NCBI GenBank assembly: GCA_964510165.1
Contig: CAZEBC010000024.1
Coordinates: 1-32,806 of the forward strand
Reading direction: 5' to 3'
Length of the DNA: 32,806 nucleotides
Source: an uncultured bacterium
GTDB taxonomy: Bacteria > Abyssobacteria > SURF-5
The notes below the pieces were generated by a model. That model had not been told where the DNA came from and ran no database searches. It was given only the letters and a program-made list of their open reading frames with translations. Shown here in pieces: positions 18,495-25,916 of the stretch (the first letter of the stretch is position 1; the number at the start of each line of letters is the position of its first letter). The translations under genes and the position numbers were made by a program.

Positions 18495-19484
18495 TCAGGG
18501 CACCTCGATGTGGTCGTAGATTTTCCTGATGATATCCTCGGACGTCATATCCTCGGCCTCAGCCTCATAGGAAACGATGATCCTGTGGCGCAGCACGTCC
18601 ATTCCAATTGACTTGACATCCTGGGGCGTGACATAGCCCCGCCCCTGCACGAAGGCGCACGCCTTGGCGGTCTGCGTCAGATAGATCGAGGCGCGCGGTG
18701 AAGCGCCGTATTCGATGAGGCCGTCGAGTTCGGGCATGCCAAAGCTTGCCGGCTCACGTGTCGCAAAGACCAGGTTCAAGATATAATCCTTAATCTTCTC
18801 ATCAATGTAGACCGAGCTGACCGCCTCTCGCGCGGCAAGGATATCCTCGGGAGAGACGACCGGCTCGAGATGGAAATCCCGACCCACGACGACGCGGTCC
18901 ATTATCTCTCTTTCTTCCTGTTTGTTGGGATAGGTGATCTTAAGTTTCAGCATGAACCTGTCCACCTGCGCCTCGGGCAGCGGATACGTGCCTTCCTGCT
19001 CGATCGGGTTCTGCGTGGCGAGCACCAGGAACGGCTCGTTGAGGGGGAACGTCGTCTCGCCGATGGTCACCTGGCGCTCCTGCATGGCTTCAAGCAAGGC
19101 GCTCTGGACCTTGGCGGGCGCGCGGTTGATCTCGTCCGCTAGTATGAGATTGGCGAAAATAGGCCCCTTCTTTACAGTGAATTGACCGTCCCTTGGGTTG
19201 TAAACCTGGGTGCCGATCAGGTCGGCGGGCAGGAGGTCGGGCGTAAACTGGATGCGCTGGAACCTGGTGTTGATGCATTCGCTCAGCACGCGGACGGCGG
19301 TCGTCTTAGCCAGGCCGGGAACGCCCTCCAACAACACGTGCCCGTTCGAGAGCAGTCCCACAAGCAGCCGCTCGATCATGTACTTCTGTCCGACTATGAC
19401 TTTTGAGAGTTCCGACATAAGCGTGCGCACGAATTTGCTCTGTTCTTTCACTCGCTGGGTTATCACCTGGATGTCTTCGCTCAT
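18495..19484 (-). CDS. moxR: MoxR-family AAA+ ATPase
   Basis: Walker A GVPGLAKT, RIQFTPDLLP, Walker B LADEINRA, ATQNPIEQEGTYPLPEAQVDRF and YGASPR. ATG at 19484 has a GGAGGA RBS. Confidence 0.96.
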   Translation of the reverse strand: MSEDIQVITQRVKEQSKFVRTLMSELSKVIVGQKYMIERLLVGLLSNGHVLLEGVPGLAKTTAVRVLSECINTRFQRIQFTPDLLPADLIGTQVYNPRDGQFTVKKGPIFANLILADEINRAPAKVQSALLEAMQERQVTIGETTFPLNEPFLVLATQNPIEQEGTYPLPEAQVDRFMLKLKITYPNKQEEREIMDRVVVGRDFHLEPVVSPEDILAAREAVSSVYIDEKIKDYILNLVFATREPASFGMPELDGLIEYGASPRASIYLTQTAKACAFVQGRGYVTPQDVKSIGMDVLRHRIIVSYEAEAEDMTSEDIIRKIYDHIEVP

Positions 19485-19501
19485 GGGTCCTCCGGGGTTG
19501 T

Positions 19502-20362
19502 TCAATCCTTTTCGAGGCCTTCTACAGTCGGGAAGGCTTTCAAGATCGCCGCTCTCACCTGTTTCTCAGCCCACCTGATTTCGTCGGGTGATGGAGTATG
19601 GCTGCCGAACTTCACGGTTTCCGTCAAGTCGAGCAGTTCATCGAGCTTTTGCGAGGACGCCCGCAACGGCTCGGACGAAGCGATCTCACACAGCGTCTCA
19701 AAATATGCTGCGGGATTGCCTTCGATCAGGAGCGAGCGGGCGCGCTCGACTCGCGCGAGAAGATTTGAGCGGGTCGCCTCGGCGGCGTCGCTATCCTGCC
19801 GTTTTTTCGCGATGGAGGCCTTTCTTGAACGGAAAATCCGTATTCCGACGACCCCGGCCGTAATCATCGCCAACCCGAGGCCGATAGCCGCCTTGGCGGT
19901 CCGGCCAAGCAGCTCAGGACCGGTGATAATGACAGGGGTTCGCGGGAGGCTGATCAAGACCGGGGCGTCCTCGCCTTTTTCATAATAGTTCGCGCGCATC
20001 TGACCCAGATCGAGTTCGCCTTCTCTCAGGGGTTTTAGCATGAACTCATACCTTAGCCGATTCTCATTGCCGCTTCGTTCGGCGGAAAGGTTTCGGGCGA
20101 CTACTTCGAGGCCCTCCAGCTCCGACAGGTCGGGCTGAGGGACATCGTAAAGGTCGGCTTCTCCCTTCCACACGAGTTCAAGCGTGACACGGAGTTCACG
20201 GTTCAGGGGCGCCGTTTGCTCATGAGGCTTCAGCGTCGCCTGCGGCTGGGCGTCGGATTGGCTGGCAAAAAAGAGGAAAATTATGAAAGCGAACTTCTTA
20301 AGTAGCAGACCAACCTTGACGCCGCCGCACCCAGGATGCACGGGGACATCGGCTCTTCTCAT
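19502..20362 (-). CDS. Hypothetical exported/membrane protein with one BatD-like Ig domain; first gene of the bat operon
   Basis: Hydrophobic signal region, Ig-like core (YEFMLKPLREGELDLG), a TM segment and a helical tail (VKFG) resembling 16586-17584. Start uncertain. Confidence 0.7.
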   Translation of the reverse strand: MRRADVPVHPGCGGVKVGLLLKKFAFIIFLFFASQSDAQPQATLKPHEQTAPLNRELRVTLELVWKGEADLYDVPQPDLSELEGLEVVARNLSAERSGNENRLRYEFMLKPLREGELDLGQMRANYYEKGEDAPVLISLPRTPVIITGPELLGRTAKAAIGLGLAMITAGVVGIRIFRSRKASIAKKRQDSDAAEATRSNLLARVERARSLLIEGNPAAYFETLCEIASSEPLRASSQKLDELLDLTETVKFGSHTPSPDEIRWAEKQVRAAILKAFPTVEGLEKD

Positions 20363-20369
20363 GTTTCAC

Positions 20370-20399
20370 AGTATACTGGACAAATTCATCCACTCTCAA
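20370..20399 (-). promoter_or_regulatory. Putative sigma70 promoter for the moxR-bat-glnD-degP operon
   Basis: Minus strand TTGAGA-N18-TATACT. The ATG at 20362 follows the -10 by 7 nt. Confidence 0.55.
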
Positions 20400-20506
20400 G
20401 GGAGCAAGCCCGATGCCACAAGCGGACAGATTATGCAAGATATTTATTACCAATGGGTTACGCTATAATAAGGCAAACAGAAAGGCATCCTCCTCGTCGG
20501 CAAGAT

Positions 20507-20542
20507 TCCCCAAATGAGGCAATTTTTCGCCTCATTTGGGGA
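20507..20542. terminator. Strong hairpin (probable terminator) after the CFI-box-CTERM gene
   Basis: Perfect 14-bp stem tccccaaatgaggc/gcctcatttgggga with an 8-nt loop. No clear U tract. Confidence 0.6.
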
Positions 20543-20565
20543 GAAACGGAAACCGTAGGGGCACG

Positions 20566-22923
20566 CTAGACGGCCTCAGATCGCGCCCCACGAGCCCCGC
20601 TGTGTCGAAAAGCAAGAGTTGCGATGCCGAACCCCAGGATGCTCCACAAGAGGAAAGCCGATTGAGTCGGATAGTCCAACCAGACGCGGCAGAGAAGCAC
20701 TACGGGACGCAAGCAGGCGCGGGTCAGCCAGCCGAGCCAGGGGTTCGCGGCAATGAGACCTGCCACAGGAGGGCTGAGCCGATAGTAGGCCTTGACAAAT
20801 GCCCGACCCGCCAAGTTGGTGAGCAGTCGCCGGTCTCTGAATTCTCTCAGCACGTTGACTTCTTCGGCGAAAGGTGTTCCAAAGGCCGCGGTCGCGATGA
20901 AACAGGACGCGCTGCCGCCGCCGCCATCTCCGCCTGGGATGACGGTAGCGTCATTTGTCGTGCGAAAGATGCCGCCAGCCTCGGTGGCGGCGAATACGGT
21001 CAGCGGATCGCGCGGGTCGATCTCCAGAGCGTTAATGAAAAAGTTGGTGAGGTTTGCGTTGAATGAACTCCACGCGCCGCCCTCGTTCAAGCTTCTGAAC
21101 ACACCATCTCCGAACAGGCCCGCATAGATGACGGGCGGCGTTTCTCGCGTTATCACGATGTCCTCGACGTCGGGCGCGGAGGGAAGCCCGACTCCCGAGA
21201 CCGCCCACGTGACGCCGCCGTCAGTGCTCCTGAAAATCCGGGCGCCGCTGCCGCCGACATAAGCGATGGCCGTTCTGAGCGGGTCTATTGAAACCGACAA
21301 GAGGAAGAAGGTGGTCAGGCCGGTGTTAACGGGAGTCCACGTCGCTGCGGCGTTTGCGGTTCTGAATACGCCGTCGCCGTCGGTGGTCGCAAGCAGAACC
21401 TGTGTATTGGCGGGATTAATCGCCAGATCGGTCACGATGACCGGACTTGGCAGACCCGTGCTCGCAAGTGTCCACACCCCTGGAAGCTGGCGTTTGAACA
21501 CGCCGGTTCCGGGAACGACGGCATACAGCACTGAGCTATTCGAGGGGTCGATGAGAATCGCCGTGACCGCCGAGTTTGCGGGCAGGCCCTGGTTGAAGTC
21601 GTTCCAGCTTGCGGCCCTATCGCCGCTGATGAGAATGCCTCTGTCCTCCGTTCCCACGTAAACCGTGTTGCTATCCGCCGGGTCGATGGCGAGTGCGACC
21701 GCCAATGTTTCGTCTATGTCGAGACCGCTCGGCGCCCACGCCGTCGGCGTGGTTCCGCCGTTTGCGCTGGTGAGCACGCCTCCCCCGAATCCGGCTGCGT
21801 GAGCTATCAGGGACGACTGTGGGTCAACCTTGACGGCGCGGATGCGCGTGGCGATGAGCCCGGTGTTTGAGCGAGCCCAGGTGGCGCCGGCGTCGGTGGA
21901 TTTGAAGACCCCGTAGAATACGGTTCCTGCATAGAGCGTGTTGGGCGCCAGCGGATCGAACGTGACCGCCTCGGTGAATCTAGCGCTCAGCCCGCTGCTC
22001 AACGGTGTCCAGGAGGGCCCGCCGGAAAATCGTCTGAAGACCCCATCCTCGGTCGCGGCGAAGAACGCGTCCTGCGTCGGCTCGACAACGATTTCCCGAA
22101 TGTTTGAGGTTGCGAACGTCGTTAGCCCTTCGTTAAAGGCCGCCCACGTGCCTCCCCGGTCCAGACTGATGAAGATGCCCTGGTCGGCGGTCCCGAGCAA
22201 GACCGTGGTCGGATTGGTGGGATCGACTGCGAGGGTGGTTATCGTGAGGATGGCGACATTGGGAAGCCCGACGTTAATTGGGGTCCAGGTGGCGCCGGCG
22301 TCGTCCGTCCTGAATGCGCCCGAGCCTGCCGTTCCCGCAAAGAATGATGCGAAGGCCACATCGGCGGCCAGCGCTGTGACGCGCACACCGGCGAGCACGT
22401 TGCCCGCGCCATTTCGAGGAATCCATGTGGCGCCTGCATCCTGGGTCAGGAAAACGCCCGCCGTGGTCCCCGCGAACACGGTGTTGGGATTGGTCGGGTC
22501 GAGCACGAGAGCTTCGATGTTCGGGTTGGTGAGGCCAGTGTTTACGGCCTGCCAGGCCACACCCGGTTCAGTGCGTCTGAAGACGCCCGCTCCTGCGGTT
22601 CCGGCATAGAGGACGCCGGGTGCGACGGTGCGGTCGATAACGATATCGGTCACGTCAATGTCGGGAAGCCCATTGCCGAAGGGGGACCATGAAGTCCCGA
22701 AATCGTCGCTGCGATAAATACGGTTGGCCTCCACCGCGATGAACAACGTTTCTGTCTGCAGTGGGTCGACGGTGATGACATTTATGTCGCCGCCTTCAGG
22801 CCCGACCGACTCCCAGACCACCTGACAGAAGCCGGGCGTGGCAATCGCGGCAAGGAAAAGTCCCATCAACACAGCGATCATTAATGCGGCTTGGAACTTC
22901 GGCAATCGGTTGACCTTTCGCAT
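20566..22923 (-). CDS. Exported BNR/Asp-box beta-propeller repeat protein with a C-terminal CFI-box-CTERM sorting domain
   Basis: Signal peptide and 14 repeats of LAVDP.NP..VYAGT...GVF.S.DGG.TW...N.GL. Gly linker, then CFIATAAFG...VLREFRDRRL...G..FV..YY..SPP.A, a TM segment and a basic tail. ATG at 22923 with a GGAGG RBS. Confidence 0.88.
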   Translation of the reverse strand: MRKVNRLPKFQAALMIAVLMGLFLAAIATPGFCQVVWESVGPEGGDINVITVDPLQTETLFIAVEANRIYRSDDFGTSWSPFGNGLPDIDVTDIVIDRTVAPGVLYAGTAGAGVFRRTEPGVAWQAVNTGLTNPNIEALVLDPTNPNTVFAGTTAGVFLTQDAGATWIPRNGAGNVLAGVRVTALAADVAFASFFAGTAGSGAFRTDDAGATWTPINVGLPNVAILTITTLAVDPTNPTTVLLGTADQGIFISLDRGGTWAAFNEGLTTFATSNIREIVVEPTQDAFFAATEDGVFRRFSGGPSWTPLSSGLSARFTEAVTFDPLAPNTLYAGTVFYGVFKSTDAGATWARSNTGLIATRIRAVKVDPQSSLIAHAAGFGGGVLTSANGGTTPTAWAPSGLDIDETLAVALAIDPADSNTVYVGTEDRGILISGDRAASWNDFNQGLPANSAVTAILIDPSNSSVLYAVVPGTGVFKRQLPGVWTLASTGLPSPVIVTDLAINPANTQVLLATTDGDGVFRTANAAATWTPVNTGLTTFFLLSVSIDPLRTAIAYVGGSGARIFRSTDGGVTWAVSGVGLPSAPDVEDIVITRETPPVIYAGLFGDGVFRSLNEGGAWSSFNANLTNFFINALEIDPRDPLTVFAATEAGGIFRTTNDATVIPGGDGGGGSASCFIATAAFGTPFAEEVNVLREFRDRRLLTNLAGRAFVKAYYRLSPPVAGLIAANPWLGWLTRACLRPVVLLCRVWLDYPTQSAFLLWSILGFGIATLAFRHSGARGARSEAV

Positions 22924-23049
22924 GGGACCCTCCGGATTGAGGTTTTCTGACAACCGCCTCCTGAATCCTATGGTGATTCCTGCACAGAATTGGAGAAGTA
23001 GTTTGGTTGATTGTATACGCTCGCGCTCAGATTTGCAAGATAGGTTGGG

Positions 23050-23065
23050 AGCAAATCCTATGCCA
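23050..23065 (-). promoter_or_regulatory. Sigma54 (-24/-12) promoter for the CFI-box-CTERM gene
   Basis: Minus strand TGGCATAGGATTTGCT matches TGGCAYRNNNTTGCW-type consensus with exact GG-N10-GC spacing. It is intergenic and correctly oriented, ~125 nt upstream of the ATG. Confidence 0.7.
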
Positions 23066-23084
23066 TGAGGGGCGGCTCAAGCGT

Positions 23085-24632
23085 TCAATGAACCGGCGCT
23101 GCATCGCCGCCGTACGCCCGGCGGAGCATAAAGAGAAGTGGGACAACGATGAAGAAGATGAGGAAGAGATACATGAAAGAATTGTTGAACGATAGCATCA
23201 GCGCCTGCCTCTGGACTTCCCGGTAGATGGCGCCGAAGGCGGTCTCGTCGAGAACGGATGGGTTCACACCAAGCTGCGGAAGCCTGAACCTGAGCGATTG
23301 GAATGCCTGCTGGAAGCCGATAGCGGTCGGCGTCACGTGTTCGACGAGGTAATTCTGATTGATCTGCGTGTTGCGCGAAAGCATCGTAGCCGAGAAGGCG
23401 ATGCCGAAGCTGCCGCCGAGGTTTCGAAGCAGGTTGAATATGCCTGCCGCATTGCCCATTTCTTCTCGCGGGATATGCGAGAGCGAGAGCGTTGTCAGCG
23501 GAACGAACAGGCATCCGAGGCCGAATCCCTGGACGATACGAGGCATCAGCACCGTGTAATAATCGGCGTACAGACTGAAGCGGGCCATCATGTAAAAAGA
23601 ATATCCTACCAGGATTATGCCGAAAACCAGGATGTGCCGGGCGTCATGTCTTCCGATGAGGCGGCCCACGATCGCCATCGAGACGAGGCTGGCGATGCCG
23701 CCGGGTGACAGCGCCATTCCGGCGAGCGTGGCGGTGTATCCCATCAAGAGTTGGAGATAGAGAGGAAGCAGCACGATGCTGCCAAAGAAGCAGAAGAACG
23801 AAACGAACATCATGATATTGCCCGCAGCGAACGAGCGGTCCTTGAACACCCGGAGATTCACCACGGGCTTGTCGGTCGTGAGTTCGACCACGAGGAAGAA
23901 GGTCAGTGCAACGGCGGATATCGCCGACATAATGACGATGAAGTTCGAGGAGAACCAGTCTTCGCTCTCGCCCTTATCGAGCACGATCTGCAGGCACCCG
24001 ATGCCGACCACCAGCAGAGCCAGACCCCAATAGTCTATCCTTTCGCGGGCCCGCCTTAGATAGGATGGGTCATAGATGAAGAAGTAGACCATCGTGAGCG
24101 CGATGATCCCGATCGGGATATTGACGTAGAATATCCAGCGCCAGCTCAAGTGGTCGGTCAGATATCCTCCCATGAACGGCCCGATGATAGGACCGAACAT
24201 GACCCCGACGCCGAACACCGCCATGGCGACTCCGTGTTCTTTCGGCGGGAACGACTCGAGCAGGATCGCCTGCGAAAGCGGCTGGAGGGCGCCTCCGCCG
24301 ATGCCCTGCAGCACGCGGAAGAACACGAGCGAGCCGAGGTTGGGCGCGCTGCCGCACATGAGCGAGCTGATCGTGAACAGCGCGATGCTGAAGCTGAGGT
24401 ATCTCTTGCGCCCGAACGTGCGCGCGAGCCAGCCTGTGATGGGAATGATGATGGCGTTCGAGACGAGGTAGGAGGTGAGCACCCACGTGACTTCGTCGAC
24501 GCCCGCGCTCAGGCTGCCGCGTATATGCGCAAGGGCGACGTTAGCCACGCTCATGTCGACGATCTCCATGATCGTCGGGATCATCACCGTGGCTGCGATG
24601 AGCCATTTGTTAACATGCAGACGGTCGGTCAT
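23085..24632 (-). CDS. emrB: DHA2 family MFS efflux permease (EmrB/QacA)
   Basis: D.SVANVAL, WVLTSYLVSNAI, FGRKRY, RVLQGIGGG, SWRWIFYVNIPIG and RNLGGSFG; 14-TM type. Confidence 0.93.
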   Translation of the reverse strand: MTDRLHVNKWLIAATVMIPTIMEIVDMSVANVALAHIRGSLSAGVDEVTWVLTSYLVSNAIIIPITGWLARTFGRKRYLSFSIALFTISSLMCGSAPNLGSLVFFRVLQGIGGGALQPLSQAILLESFPPKEHGVAMAVFGVGVMFGPIIGPFMGGYLTDHLSWRWIFYVNIPIGIIALTMVYFFIYDPSYLRRARERIDYWGLALLVVGIGCLQIVLDKGESEDWFSSNFIVIMSAISAVALTFFLVVELTTDKPVVNLRVFKDRSFAAGNIMMFVSFFCFFGSIVLLPLYLQLLMGYTATLAGMALSPGGIASLVSMAIVGRLIGRHDARHILVFGIILVGYSFYMMARFSLYADYYTVLMPRIVQGFGLGCLFVPLTTLSLSHIPREEMGNAAGIFNLLRNLGGSFGIAFSATMLSRNTQINQNYLVEHVTPTAIGFQQAFQSLRFRLPQLGVNPSVLDETAFGAIYREVQRQALMLSFNNSFMYLFLIFFIVVPLLFMLRRAYGGDAAPVH

Positions 24633-24638
24633 GAAACA

Positions 24639-24680
24639 GGTTCAGGGTTCAGAGTTTAGAGTTCAGGGTTTTGGGCTCGG
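24639..24680. repeat. Degenerate heptamer tandem repeat (RGTTCAG) across the emrA stop and emrA-emrB spacer
   Basis: ggttcag ggttcag agtttag agttcag ggttttg ggctcgg. Confidence 0.75.
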
Positions 24681-25721
24681 GCCTGGAACGGTCGTATCGA
24701 TTGTGGGGATGACGGACATGCCGACCCTGAGCACGTGCGGATTCGGCAATTCATCGAGCGCGATCTTCACCGGGATGCGCTGGACGACTTTGACGAAATT
24801 GCCGGTCGCGTTCTCGGGAGGGAAAAGCGAGAATACGGCGCCGGTGCCCGCCATGATGCTTTCGACTCTTCCTTTCAGTTTGAGACCGGGATAGGTGTCA
24901 ACCTTGATCTCGACCGGCTGGCCGACCCTAACCCGCTCAAGCTGGGTTTCCTTGTAGTTCGCGACGATCCAAAGGTCATCGAGCGGGACCACCGACATCA
25001 GCGGTTGTCCGGGCTGGATGCGATTGCCGACCTCGACCGTCTTGCGGGTAACATGTCCCTTGGCCGGCGAGAGGATTTCGGTGTAGGACAGGTTCAGCCT
25101 GGCCTGCTCGAGTTCGGCCTGTCTCTTCTGGACCAACGGATGCTCTCCGCCCGGCTGGGTGGTCCCCAGGGCTGCGCGCGCGCGATGCAGTTCTTCCTGC
25201 GCGGCCCTGACGCTGGCGGCGGCCACGTCTCGGTTGGTGACCGCCTTGTCCAGAGCTTCCTTGGAGGCGACCCCGTCCTTGACGAGGGTTTCGGCCCGCG
25301 CGAGGTCACGCTCGGCCTGTTGCAGCGTGGCCTTGGCAAGTCCGAGGCGGGCCTGAGCCGCCTCGACGGCTGCCTTCATCTGAGCCACATCGTTCTTCGC
25401 CATCTCAAGCGCGGCTTCGGCGTCGCGGACTGACACCTTGAAAGGCTCGGCGTCGAGCCGAACGAGAAGCTGGCCTTCTTCAACCTGTTGATTATCGTCA
25501 ACCAGGATATCAGTCACGGTGGCTGCTATGCGAGCGCTGATCAGATGGATGCGGCCTTGCACGTATGCATCGTCGGTGCTGACGTATATCTGTGCCAGCC
25601 GCCAGTAATGAAGGGTCACAACGACGGCGGCGCACACGAGCAAGAGAAGAATCGTCACGGCCACTCTTCTGCGCCGTTTCATGCGATGGTTTTGTTGTTT
25701 CGCCTCTTGTTCCGGCTGCAT
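24663..25721 (-). CDS. emrA: EmrA/HlyD family membrane fusion protein
   Basis: STDDAYV, coiled-coil hairpin, ANYKETQL and GAVFSLFPPENATGNFVKVVQRIPV. ATG at 25721 has a ggagag RBS. Confidence 0.93.
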   Translation of the reverse strand: MQPEQEAKQQNHRMKRRRRVAVTILLLLVCAAVVVTLHYWRLAQIYVSTDDAYVQGRIHLISARIAATVTDILVDDNQQVEEGQLLVRLDAEPFKVSVRDAEAALEMAKNDVAQMKAAVEAAQARLGLAKATLQQAERDLARAETLVKDGVASKEALDKAVTNRDVAAASVRAAQEELHRARAALGTTQPGGEHPLVQKRQAELEQARLNLSYTEILSPAKGHVTRKTVEVGNRIQPGQPLMSVVPLDDLWIVANYKETQLERVRVGQPVEIKVDTYPGLKLKGRVESIMAGTGAVFSLFPPENATGNFVKVVQRIPVKIALDELPNPHVLRVGMSVIPTIDTTVPGPSPKP

Positions 25722-25832
25722 AGAATTCTCTCCGAGAGAGCGATGGGCGAGAGGACTTTCTTGCTTACGGCGGTAGTCACTGGGGTGGCTATCCGACACT
25801 CTAACTATATCAGAAATCGCTTTCCGTGTTCA

Positions 25833-25897
25833 ACATTCGTCTTGGAATTCCGCGGGTCTTAGATGTATAGTAATCCGTGACATCTTGAGACGAATGT
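25833..25897 (+). promoter_or_regulatory. Divergent promoter region with nested inverted repeats
   Basis: Possible TTGGAA-N18-TATAGT (25842-25871). Inverted repeats acattcgtct/agacgaatgt and agatgt/acatct. Confidence 0.45.
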
Positions 25898-25916
25898 ACC
25901 GATAGGGAGAAAGCAG

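Noticed and set aside
24639-24680. CRISPR array
   Set aside because: 7-bp tandem units with no spacers and no cas genes.
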